Part shown: one piece after another, positions 25,020 through 35,600 of the stretch
How positions within the stretch are numbered: the stretch's first letter is position 1
Layout: every line of letters starts with the position of its first letter
DNA from: a virus
Lineage: Duplodnaviria > Caudoviricetes
Direction: 5' to 3' (one strand)
Length of the DNA: 64,000 nt
IMG/VR virus record: IMGVR_UViG_3300023283_000076
Coordinates: 128,001 to 192,000 of that record
Made by a program: the position numbers and the translations under genes
Notes under the pieces: generated by a model
Told to the model about the DNA's origin: nothing
Seen by the model: only the letters and a program-made list of their open reading frames with translations
The model's database searches: none

Positions 25020-27344
25020 TTATAATATACAAGAATCACATTCCTCTTCTTCTACTATTTTATTATCATTTTCGTTTATGTTTTCATTATTTTCATTGGT
25101 TTCGTTATCAAAACTATCTGTTGCACCATCATAGGTATTATGATAGTACAGCAATTTTCCACCGTGTTTATAATATATTAATACTTGTTTTATAAGTTCT
25201 TGCATGGGTATTTTGTTATCTGGATAATTTTCTGGATTAATGCTGACATTTGTAGATATAGCTTGGTCTACATATTTTCCTATAATACACATTATATTCA
25301 AATATCCGTCAGGTGATTTTTGGTCCCATAGAAGATCATATTTATTTTTTAATCTATGTATTTCAGGTACAACTTGTTTGAGTACACCATCCTTGGATGA
25401 TTTTTCAGATACTAGTGCTCTTGGCGGTTCTACTCCATTAGTAGCGTTAGCCAATTGACTTGATGATTCACTCGGCATTAATGCCATTAGAGTAGCGTTG
25501 CGTATACCATTAGCTTTTATATCCTTTTTTAAACCTTCCCAATCCATTTTGGGGTTCATTTTAATGAGATTATCTACATCTTTTTTACGGCTCTCCCATG
25601 GAAATATTCCTTGTCCGTATTTTGTTTCTTTCCATAATTTACACGGGCCCTTTTCTTTGGCTAATTCTGCTGACGCCTTTATGAGATAAAAAGACATTGC
25701 TTCCATATACTCATCTATTTTAGAAAAGGCAGAGTCATCATATTTCATATTATTTTTAGCAATAAAATATGCTAAATTTATAATTCCAACACCTAACGTT
25801 CTAAATTCTTGTGTCGAAAGTTCTGCTTGTATCATGGGGTATTGTTGATATGAAAGAAGTTCATCTAATGCCCTGACTGCTAAGTTACATGGTTTCTCAA
25901 AATCTTCTGGTTTCTTTATATTTCCCCAATTAATTGCAGATAATGTACATAACGCAATTCTTCCAGTTTCATCTGATAAGCTATTAAATGGTTTTGTAGG
26001 TAATGTTATTTCACAACATAAATTACTTTGTTCTATCGGATGTTTTGTTTGGTCGAAAGATGATTGATTATTACAATGATCTATATTTTGAATATATATT
26101 CTTCCAGTAGATGTTCTTTCGTCTATGATATTACTAAACACTTCTATTGCAGGTAAACTATATTTCATTTTTATTTTTCGACTACGTTCATATTTCTCAT
26201 AAAGCTTTTCAAAATTATCATTATCTCCAGAGTAAAATGCGTCCATTAAATCAGGAACTTCATGGGGGCTAAAGAATGTTATCTTTTCACCTTCTATTAA
26301 TCTTTTATATGCTAGTCGGTTTAATTGTACTCCATAGTCCATATGGCGAACGCGATTTTCCTCGACGCCCTTATTATTCTTTAAAACTACAAGATTCTCA
26401 AATTCATAATGAAAAAATGGATAGTAGACTGTAGCAGCGCCACCCCTTACGCCACCCTGACTGCAGCTTTTTAATGCTGCATGGAAATATTTTAAAAAGG
26501 GTACTACTCCTGTATGTTTTATTTCTCCATTTCTTATTTTAGAACCTATGGCTCGAATTCGTCCAACATTAATTCCTATTCCCGCCTTTCTCGACACATA
26601 ATTGACTATTGAAGATGCAGTAGCATTTATACTATCTAAACTGTCGTCGCTAGAAATAAGTACGCAACTACTAAATTGTTTTGTAGGTGTTCTCACTCCA
26701 GCCAATATTGGTGTGGGGACAGATATATCCCAATTACTCAATGCATCATAATAATCTTTTATGTAATTCATTCTGGTTTCTTTAGGATAATTATGAAAAA
26801 GTGTTGCGGCTATCAACAGATAAGTCATTTGCGGTGTTTCGTAATATTCACCTGTTACTCTATTTTGGACTAAATATTTTCCTAGCATTTGTTTCATACC
26901 AGCATATGAAAAATTATAATCTCTATCATGTTTAATTATTTTATTCATTCTAGACCATTCTTCATTACTGTACCAATCCATTAATTCATCTGTGTAATAT
27001 CCAACAGCAATATTATGTTCCACCAGCTTTCTAACAGGCCACGGTTCTATTGTTCCATACACCTCTTTTCTTAAATTAAAATTTAATAATTTGGCCGCAA
27101 CATATTGATAATTGGGATATTCTTCAGATATCAAATCTGCAGAGGTTTTTGTAAGAGTTTTATGTATTTCAGTTGTACTTATATCATCAAAAAGTTGTAA
27201 TTCACTTTTAAGCTCTATTTCTGATATTGAAACACCAGAAATTTCTTCACAGGCCCACGTAAGAATTTTATGTATTTTATCTAAATCCAATCTCTCCCGA
27301 GTGCCATCTCTTTTTATCACATTTACATTGCTTTTTTCGTTCAT
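25020..27344 (-). CDS. nrdA: ribonucleotide reductase class Ia alpha subunit with ATP cone
   Basis: VIKRDG ATP cone, QFSSCVLI, CSQGGVRGGA, QSNLCCEI, MPSESSSQ, C-terminal CxxC; uninterrupted. Confidence 0.97.
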   Translation of the reverse strand: MNEKSNVNVIKRDGTRERLDLDKIHKILTWACEEISGVSISEIELKSELQLFDDISTTEIHKTLTKTSADLISEEYPNYQYVAAKLLNFNLRKEVYGTIEPWPVRKLVEHNIAVGYYTDELMDWYSNEEWSRMNKIIKHDRDYNFSYAGMKQMLGKYLVQNRVTGEYYETPQMTYLLIAATLFHNYPKETRMNYIKDYYDALSNWDISVPTPILAGVRTPTKQFSSCVLISSDDSLDSINATASSIVNYVSRKAGIGINVGRIRAIGSKIRNGEIKHTGVVPFLKYFHAALKSCSQGGVRGGAATVYYPFFHYEFENLVVLKNNKGVEENRVRHMDYGVQLNRLAYKRLIEGEKITFFSPHEVPDLMDAFYSGDNDNFEKLYEKYERSRKIKMKYSLPAIEVFSNIIDERTSTGRIYIQNIDHCNNQSSFDQTKHPIEQSNLCCEITLPTKPFNSLSDETGRIALCTLSAINWGNIKKPEDFEKPCNLAVRALDELLSYQQYPMIQAELSTQEFRTLGVGIINLAYFIAKNNMKYDDSAFSKIDEYMEAMSFYLIKASAELAKEKGPCKLWKETKYGQGIFPWESRKKDVDNLIKMNPKMDWEGLKKDIKANGIRNATLMALMPSESSSQLANATNGVEPPRALVSEKSSKDGVLKQVVPEIHRLKNKYDLLWDQKSPDGYLNIMCIIGKYVDQAISTNVSINPENYPDNKIPMQELIKQVLIYYKHGGKLLYYHNTYDGATDSFDNETNENNENINENDNKIVEEEECDSCIL

Positions 27345-27454
27345 TTTTTTCCTTTGTGTTATTATTGTTTATGGGTAATCGCTATTTATTTCAAAAACCG
27401 TAGTAAAACCAAAATGCCTTATTAAACATAATTTTAATCATATATTCCCCTTAT

Positions 27455-28003
27455 CTAACTTGACATAATCATTTTTAATAATGTTGAATAGTCTGGATGC
27501 TTACTCTTCTTGACCGCATAATAATATGGAATATTATAAAATATTATTTCATTTTCCGAGAAAAGCGCATTTTCTAAATTCTGTTCAGTTTGTTTATATG
27601 AATACTCGATCATATCCTTAAACGTATCTTTTACATTAATAGTATCCATGGTTGTTTTTAACCGATCATATATTTTCATGTATTCTTTATGATAATCAAT
27701 ATCTGGATTATATAAAAACTTATATCCATTTATTGGAAATACGTAAAATTTAGGTTTATCTGATATATTCTCTGAAGAATGCGGACCATTACAAAATATT
27801 GATCTTCTATGAATATTTTTATATTCGTCTTCAAAAGCTTCATCGAACAGCGTAGAAAAATTATCTTTTATTTTTTTCTTTCTAACTTTAACCCTCTTTA
27901 CAAAACGACCATCGAAATATAGACTTTTTTGAGCATAATTTCCCTTAGATTCCTCTATGAAGTTTGAACACTCTGTTTTTATTTTATGTAATATATTGCT
28001 CAT
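27455..28003 (-). CDS. conserved jumbo-phage hypothetical protein
   Basis: KIKTECSNFIEES...YVFPINGYKFLY...EIIF. Confidence 0.65.
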   Translation of the reverse strand: MSNILHKIKTECSNFIEESKGNYAQKSLYFDGRFVKRVKVRKKKIKDNFSTLFDEAFEDEYKNIHRRSIFCNGPHSSENISDKPKFYVFPINGYKFLYNPDIDYHKEYMKIYDRLKTTMDTINVKDTFKDMIEYSYKQTEQNLENALFSENEIIFYNIPYYYAVKKSKHPDYSTLLKMIMSS

Positions 28004-28049
28004 ATTTTTATAAATAATTTCACTTAAGTTCTGTAATTATTATACATGC

Positions 28050-28682
28050 ATGACAGAAACAATTAAAGACTTTGAAAAAGATGTTTCTGGGAAAGATATT
28101 TATCTTATTGGTGGGGGCACATCTTTTAACCCTGTTAATCATATACCATTGCTCCCTAAATCTCAAGTTATTTGCATAAATTCTGCGTTAGAAGATTTTG
28201 ATACCTGTTTGGCTGCCGTCTGGTTTGATGATTCTTGGATGAAAAAAAACATAAAACTATTAAAGGAAAAACGTCACCAATATGGTATAAAATTTAGTAG
28301 AAAGAATAAAAGATTATACACCAATGAAAGTCATGATTATATAGAACTTTTTAATTCTAGTACTAAAGATTTTAATGTTAAACGAGAAAAATATGACGTG
28401 TGTGGCAACAATACAGGTGCTTGTACTATCCACCTTCTTGATCAGTTAAAGACCAAAACAATATATCTGTTAGGCTTTGATTGCCGAGAAGAAAATGGAA
28501 ACTCTCATTATCATAATAGATATGGAAAATATGTTAAACAAAATTCTTTTAATAGAAGTTTTCTTCCTAATTTCGAACAATTGGCAAAACATATAACACA
28601 TTCTAGAGTGGTTAATTTATCTGAAAATACTAAAATAAAAAGTTTTAAACAGGGCAGAATAGAAAGTATTTTAAAAGTATAA
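28050..28682 (+). CDS. MptE/Maf (DUF115)-like nucleotide-sugar-related protein
   Basis: IYLIGGGTSF, ICINS, NTGACTIHL, IYLLGFD, SHYH. Confidence 0.6.
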   Translation: MTETIKDFEKDVSGKDIYLIGGGTSFNPVNHIPLLPKSQVICINSALEDFDTCLAAVWFDDSWMKKNIKLLKEKRHQYGIKFSRKNKRLYTNESHDYIELFNSSTKDFNVKREKYDVCGNNTGACTIHLLDQLKTKTIYLLGFDCREENGNSHYHNRYGKYVKQNSFNRSFLPNFEQLAKHITHSRVVNLSENTKIKSFKQGRIESILKV

Positions 28683-28685
28683 ATA
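28678..28685 (+). promoter_or_regulatory. T4-type late promoter TATAAATA
   Basis: Exact TATAAATA 24 nt before the 946 aa gene; also at 12802, 32579 (+) and 20828, 44565, 53066, 57756 (-). Confidence 0.65.
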
Positions 28686-28709
28686 GCTATATCAGGTTAT
28701 TTTATTTTA

Positions 28710-31550
28710 ATGGCAACAATACGATATAAATGCGACTCGTGCCTTCGAGAAATTGAATTATTGGAAAATAAGTCAGGTTTGACAACTCTATCCAATTGTA
28801 TTATAACTGAAAATTGCCGGGGTACATTATTTAGACAGCGAAGAACAAACCGATTACGTGTTGATACTAAGCAGAACATTATTAATCTAGAAGAAAATTT
28901 GCTGGACCGAAGAGAACGAAAAATATTTTTTCCCTTTTCCAAAAGTATCCCCTCCAAGCGTTGGGTAATAAATCATAATTTAGGGTCGTTTCCGGCAGTG
29001 TCAGTATTTGTTGAAATTGACGGCGGGACAAATATACGAGAAGCAGATAAATCTGAGTATATTAGAAAAGATATCAATAAAAATACTTTAGATATTTTAT
29101 TTGATAATAACCAAACAGGTAAAGTACATGCAGTATCTAGAAGTATTTCTGAACAAGATATCCCGCAAACTACATTTTTAGAAGATTCCATAAACATATC
29201 TCCTAATGGAACTCTTACTATTGCAGTTTTATCAAAAGCGTTCGGTAATGTTTCTACTGATATTGAAAACCCAATAAATGTAAAATTTGATGTATCATTA
29301 AAAGAGCCAAATGAAGAAGAGGTTTTTTGTATTGAAGAATTTAACGGCGGTTCACAATCACCATGGGCAGATTATCCAGCAATATCTTTCAGAAAACGTA
29401 GGAACTATATTGTTAAAGTTGCAAACTTGTTAGATCTTAAAGTGATACAAGAAAGATATGATTCTTTAAAAGACATTCCAGAGCTAACGGAATTTAAGTT
29501 TAATGGTATCAGTTATAATGGGTCTTCCTTTATGCCAATAAGATCTAAAAATGCTATATTGTTGCTTTCTTCGCCTCCGTATACCAAATCTGATAAAATA
29601 GTAGATCGAATCATAGATTTAGGGGAGCGTAATGTTCAGGAAAATGGGAAAAAATATATATTTTCAGGGGGTGAATTGTTGGGGTTAAATGATGATATCG
29701 AGACAGTTTATCCACCAATAGAAGAAGATGATATTCTTATACGCACGGATAATACTTTTGGGCCTACTCCTACTCCTCCCCCCACCGTAACGCCAACGCC
29801 ATCAGTATCTGCGAGTGTAACACCCACCCCAACGCCATCGATATCTGAGAGTGTTACTCCTACACCTAGTCCGACGCAGAGCAGTGGTTTCACTCCTACA
29901 CCAACATCTAGTCCGACGCCCAGTCCGACGCAGAGTAGTGGTTTCATTCCTACGCCCACGCCGACGCCGACACCAAGCGCCGAAGGGGTGTTAACCATAG
30001 ATGCTGCTAGTTCCGACGAAAAATCGTTGTCGTTAACATTGACCTCTCAAAGTCCTTTTGGGATCGCGTTCAGCCCTGATACCACTAAATTATTCATGGT
30101 TGGAAGTGACGAGGATGTAATGCAGTACAGTGTGGGTGATATTAACGACATCTCAACATTTAACTTTGACGAGTTAAAATTAAATGTACTTGATACAATG
30201 GTTGATCCGACAGACCTAGTTTTTTCTCCAAACGGGGATAAAGTATTTTTGATGGATCGTGACAATATATACCAATATTCTCCAGTTGATCCTAACAACG
30301 TAACTACATGGACTTACGATGGGTTATCGTTGGGGGTTTCAGCCGGTGCTAGAGGATTGACATTTTCTCCTGATGGGACAAAACTTTTTGTTGTGGGAAT
30401 CGCAACAGATAGTATAGAACAATTTAATATACCTAATGCAAGTGATATAACGACATGGTCAGATGATAATCTTAGCCTTTCGGTTGCGGCTCAAGAAGGC
30501 TCTCCCAATGCGGTGACATTTTCTCCTGACGGAACTAAAGCTTTTGTTTCTGGTTCTTTTTCTGGTTCTGCGTTACAGTATTCATCCTCTAATTTAAACA
30601 ATGTTTCAGAGTGGACTTACGACGGTGTTGCTTTTTCGATGAAATCAGAAATATCTACCCTACAACATATTATGTTCTCTCCGAGTGGTACAAAAATATT
30701 TGGGTTAGGAAATCAAGTAGATACTAATATAGATGGACTATTCCAATATGACGCAACGTTTCCTACTGATGCGTCTACTTGGAGCTATGATAATCTATTT
30801 TTCACCATGGGAGACATAACGTCAACTGCTAAAGGAATAGAATTTTCACCTGATTCATCTAAAATGTTCTTGGTCTCATCAAATAAAAATACTATATTAC
30901 AATTTTCTGTTCCAAATCCCAAGGATGTGGAAACTTGGAAATATGATGGTGTGTTTTTACCATCCGTTGAAGCACGTATGAGAACGATACGCTTTTCACC
31001 AGATAAATCAAAAGTATTTGTTTTAGGGGTAGATGGTGATGCAATTAATCAATATACTCCAATTGACCCAAATGACGTTACGTCATGGATATATGATAAT
31101 GTTAGTTTTTCAGTTTCCGCCCAAACTACTGAGCCACAAGATTTGTTTTTCTCTGCCGATGGTAGTAAGCTTTATGTTCTTGAAAGCAACACCGATTTCG
31201 GCAATGCAAGAAGAATTTTCCAATATTCTTCACCAGATGCAAATGATGTAACAACATGGTCTTATGATGGGAAAACGTTTCCACTTTTCGAACAAGATTC
31301 GTTCCCAACCTCTATCTATATACCAAAAAATGGAAATAAATTATTTATGTTAGGGTTGTCTACCGATGCAATTCATCAATATACTACGTTAGATAATAAT
31401 GATGTAGATACATGGTTTTATGATCAGGTAGTATTTTCTCTGCCATCGGGCAGTCAAAATGGGATGACATTTTCTCTTGATGAAACTAAATTTTTTATAG
31501 TAGATGATTTGAATACTAACGATAATATAACGCAATATTCAACATTCTAA
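28710..31550 (+). CDS. virion protein with PT/S linker and C-terminal beta-propeller repeats
   Basis: N-terminal CxxC...C...C domain, (PT)n linker near 29757-29990, then about ten repeats of FSPDG.K.F...I.QY...D..TW.YD. Confidence 0.75.
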   Translation: MATIRYKCDSCLREIELLENKSGLTTLSNCIITENCRGTLFRQRRTNRLRVDTKQNIINLEENLLDRRERKIFFPFSKSIPSKRWVINHNLGSFPAVSVFVEIDGGTNIREADKSEYIRKDINKNTLDILFDNNQTGKVHAVSRSISEQDIPQTTFLEDSINISPNGTLTIAVLSKAFGNVSTDIENPINVKFDVSLKEPNEEEVFCIEEFNGGSQSPWADYPAISFRKRRNYIVKVANLLDLKVIQERYDSLKDIPELTEFKFNGISYNGSSFMPIRSKNAILLLSSPPYTKSDKIVDRIIDLGERNVQENGKKYIFSGGELLGLNDDIETVYPPIEEDDILIRTDNTFGPTPTPPPTVTPTPSVSASVTPTPTPSISESVTPTPSPTQSSGFTPTPTSSPTPSPTQSSGFIPTPTPTPTPSAEGVLTIDAASSDEKSLSLTLTSQSPFGIAFSPDTTKLFMVGSDEDVMQYSVGDINDISTFNFDELKLNVLDTMVDPTDLVFSPNGDKVFLMDRDNIYQYSPVDPNNVTTWTYDGLSLGVSAGARGLTFSPDGTKLFVVGIATDSIEQFNIPNASDITTWSDDNLSLSVAAQEGSPNAVTFSPDGTKAFVSGSFSGSALQYSSSNLNNVSEWTYDGVAFSMKSEISTLQHIMFSPSGTKIFGLGNQVDTNIDGLFQYDATFPTDASTWSYDNLFFTMGDITSTAKGIEFSPDSSKMFLVSSNKNTILQFSVPNPKDVETWKYDGVFLPSVEARMRTIRFSPDKSKVFVLGVDGDAINQYTPIDPNDVTSWIYDNVSFSVSAQTTEPQDLFFSADGSKLYVLESNTDFGNARRIFQYSSPDANDVTTWSYDGKTFPLFEQDSFPTSIYIPKNGNKLFMLGLSTDAIHQYTTLDNNDVDTWFYDQVVFSLPSGSQNGMTFSLDETKFFIVDDLNTNDNITQYSTF

Positions 31551-32509
31551 ACACTAAATGGATATTTTATAGCTGGATGGGGATCGTAATCCTCTAAGGA
31601 AAAATCATCTACAGTAATATTATTGTTTTCTAATTCTTCTAAAGATTTAACGTCAGGTATTTTTAATATCGGTGATTTTTTGGGTTCTCTAGTTAATTGT
31701 TCCTTGAATAATTCGAATTGATCTTCGTATATATGAATATTGTTCATAAAATGATTAAAGGTTCCAGCTTTTAATCTCGTAATGTTGGCGACCAATTTTA
31801 ATAATAAACAATAACTTGCAATATTAAATGGTATGCCAATGGGAAAGTCACATGACCTTTGATAAAGCGTTAAATCAAGATGCTCGCCTACTATACTAAA
31901 ATTATATAGTAAATGACACGGAGGGAGCGCCATTTTATCTAAATCCGATGGGTTCCAATGGGTGACAATCAATCTTCTATTGTCATTACCTTTTTTAAGC
32001 TCTTGTATACAATTAGACAGTTGATCAATAGTTTTACCATCACTGCCCTTCCATCTTCTTGCCTGTACGCCATAAATTCTTCCAAGGTCATCTAATCCTT
32101 TCCTATTTGGGTTGTTTAACCATTGTTCATTTTCATTTGCATTCGCATCCCATATACTACAGCCCTCTTTTCTAAAATCTTCCGCGTTATCATATCCCTT
32201 TAGGAATCCTAAAAGCTCTGCAATTATGGGTTTTATGTTCATTTTTTTAGTAGTTAATATTGGAAATGCGTTTGTTCCTCTAAGATTGAATTTCATCATG
32301 TCCCCAATGTACACTAAACAATTTTTTCCGGTTCTTTTATTTTCGATCCATTGACCACAATTTATGATTTTTTTCCCTACGTTGATATATGTGTTGTCAA
32401 ATTTTTTTTGACATTTTTCTATTGGTGCTGGTGTTCCGTCCTTATTAATGCACTCTCTTCCGACTAAATAATAATCCATTTGAGTTGGGCATTTATTGTT
32501 TTTATCCAT
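31547..32509 (-). CDS. thyA: thymidylate synthase
   Basis: FPILTTKK, ELLGFL, IWDANA, LGRIYGVQ, MALPPCH, YQRSCD..IGIPFNIASY, HIYEDQ; restarted at MDKNNK. Confidence 0.95.
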   Translation of the reverse strand: MDKNNKCPTQMDYYLVGRECINKDGTPAPIEKCQKKFDNTYINVGKKIINCGQWIENKRTGKNCLVYIGDMMKFNLRGTNAFPILTTKKMNIKPIIAELLGFLKGYDNAEDFRKEGCSIWDANANENEQWLNNPNRKGLDDLGRIYGVQARRWKGSDGKTIDQLSNCIQELKKGNDNRRLIVTHWNPSDLDKMALPPCHLLYNFSIVGEHLDLTLYQRSCDFPIGIPFNIASYCLLLKLVANITRLKAGTFNHFMNNIHIYEDQFELFKEQLTREPKKSPILKIPDVKSLEELENNNITVDDFSLEDYDPHPAIKYPFSV

Positions 32510-32611
32510 AATTTTTTCCTTTTTGAAAATATATATCATTATTATACATCCATTTGAAGAACAACACAAGTGGAATAATATAAATATCATGTATAAAAAA
32601 CAACATGACTC

Positions 32612-35600
32612 ATGAAAGAAAGTTTAAATATAAGTTTTAACACTAATGTTCTAGTAACAGAGCATGATCCAGATAATCTCAACGGCCCGGGAAATGTTCT
32701 TTTAAACAAATCAAATGCGGTACATTCTCAGAATATGGCACGGGCCATTGCGCGAGCTTTAGCAAGAGAACCCAATTCATTTGTGCATCGAATAGCTTTT
32801 GGTAATGGAGGAAGCTTTACTGACGCTGGAGAAACCACCATAATCAATCCCCCTAATGATGGGACTAGGGGGGATGGATGGGAGTCACGTTTATACAATG
32901 AAACATATTCCGAAATTGTAGATGAGAGTAACGTCTTAGTTGGAACGGACCCGGGTTCATCTGGACCTAACTCGAATAGAATAGGCGGTGGGGCATCTCC
33001 TACTGATGATCCGGAGGGAACTGGTGTAGTATCATTAGAAGTTGGAAGAAAATCTAACATTATCGCCACAATGTTTATTAATCAAAACGAACCAATAAGC
33101 CAACTGGAACAATCAACGATAGATCAAGAAATTACTGCTGAACAAAAAGCGTTTGAGTTTGATGAATTAGGGTTTTATACAACAGGCCAACCCGCGTTGC
33201 CCACTCCTGCTACATCGTTAATAAATGTTGGAAATAAAACATCTGAAGATATTATTCCGTCTTCAATGCTAGGCAGTCAACTTATATTAAACTATGAAAT
33301 AAATGGAGAAGAGAAACAAACAGTTTTTATTGTTCCTAGTATAGGATCAGGCCCGGGGGGTGAAGTTACGTTCGGTGATCTAGCTGAGGGAATAAACACT
33401 GGAAGCTGGTTTTCAAGTAATCCCGGAGATGATAGTACCACATTAATTAAAGTAACCATAACAGATAGAACACCGGGGGCAGTATATCCCTCCATCGCGG
33501 GATCTGAAACTTTCGGATTTTTGGTGTTTGAAAATCTTGTTGCCGGGGAAGGTAACACGTTAAAGCTTAATTGTTCGGCAATTGGTTCTGATATGTTATT
33601 TGCCTTAACTGGAAATTGCACAAAAGTTGATACCTCTACTAATAATGGTATTGATAGTGGAGTTGCTAATGATGCTGCAAATCCAGTAAATGAACGAGAA
33701 AGACTATTAACTCATTTAACATTTTCGCCTATTTTAAAAAAAGAAAATAGAGTTATAAAAATTGTGTACACGTTAACAATTTCAGTATCCCAAACGGGGG
33801 ACTGTGTTCCTAATATTGAAAATGTACCACCACCGCCATCCCCTAGCCCAACACCGTCCGTATCTGAAAGTGCTACGCCTACACCGACGCCGAGCCCCAC
33901 CCAGAGTATGGGAATTACACCTACTCCTACACAGAGTATTGGAATTACGCCTACACCATCAATATCTGATAGTGCAACACCTACACCGACACCTACACCA
34001 AGTCCTAGTGTTGCAGAACCAATGGTATTAACTATGGATACCACCCTAAATCCCAGTGGTACTGATGTAACATTGCCGATGAAAGGACCGGGAGATGTTA
34101 CTGTTGACTGGGGTGACGGAACCATGGATAGTTTTAATAATTCTACCGTAGACAGCTTTTTACAGTTCGCTCCGCATACTTATTCAACTGATGGTGTGTA
34201 CACTATTATAATTAGTGGAACATTAAATAAATTTGGAGACCTCAATATATTTATGGGAGGAGTTGTAGCGGTTAGTTCTTTTGGTGAATTAGGTACTACA
34301 AGTTTAGGAGGGGCATTAAATAATGCGACAAATTTAAATACTTTACCTGATAATATTCCATCTACTGTTACTGATGTGTCAAACATGTTCTTCAATGCTT
34401 CCAGTTTCAATATTGATATAAACTCATGGGATGTCAGTAATGTTACTAATATGGAAAATATGTTCGAAAACGCAGAATCATTTAATCAACCTCTAAACAA
34501 TTGGAATGTTTCAAATGTTACTAGTATGCACGACATGTTTGATGACGCATCCGCTTTTAATCAAGATATAAGTACATGGGATACTTCTTCAGTTACAACT
34601 ATGGAAGGAATGTTCCAGTCTGCGCAATCGTTTAATCAGCCTTTAGACAGTTGGAATGTTGCGTCTGTTAATAATATGAGTACTATGTTTCAAAATGCAA
34701 ATTCTTTTAATCAGGATCTTCCAAATTGGGATGTATCAAATGTTACTGACATGACATGGATGTTTAATGGCGCGAATATGTTTAATGGCGATATAACAAC
34801 ATGGGATACCTCATCAGTTACTGATATGGGTACTATGTTCCAAAATACTCAAGCATTCAACCAAGACATTTCAGGGTGGGATGTTTCTAATGTAACTGAT
34901 ATGTCATATATGTTCTTCAATGCTACTGCATTCAATCAAAACTTAAGTAATTGGAATACTATAAGTGTAACCCTTATGAATGACATGTTTTCTGGTGCTA
35001 GTATTTTTAATGGAGATATTTCAGGATGGGATGTTTCTAATGTAACTGATATGTCATATATGTTCTTCAATGCTACTGCATTCAATCAAAACTTAAGTAA
35101 TTGGAATACTATAAGTGCAACCCTTATGAATGACATGTTTTCTGGTGCTAGTATTTTTAATGGAGATATTTCAACATGGGATGTTTCTAATGTAACTGAT
35201 ATGTCGTTTATGTTTTCGGGTGCGCTTGCATTTAATCAAAACTTAAATAATTGGAATACTATAAATGTTACTAACATGCGATGGATGTTTGAAAACACGC
35301 CTGTATTTAATGGCGATATAACAACATGGGATACCTCATCTGTTACTGATATGGGTACTATGTTTCAAAACGCTCAAGCATTCAACCAAGACATTTCAGG
35401 GTGGGATGTATCAAATGTTACGGACATGGCATTCATGTTCTTTGGTTCTTCTTTTAATCAAGATATAAGTACATGGGTACCTTCTTCCGTTACTACCATG
35501 CAATCTATGTTTGCAAGCTCTTCTTTTGATCAGAATATCAATTCATGGAATGTTTCAAGTGTTCAAAACATAAGATTCATGTTTGGCGACTCTTCATTTA

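Noticed and set aside
23894-27344. Introns or inteins in nrdA, nrdB or thyA
   Set aside because: All are uninterrupted and of normal length.
29708-29998. Antisense GVGV-rich ORFs (also 33712-34125 and 37018-37317)
   Set aside because: They are the reverse complement of the PT linkers in the real plus-strand genes.
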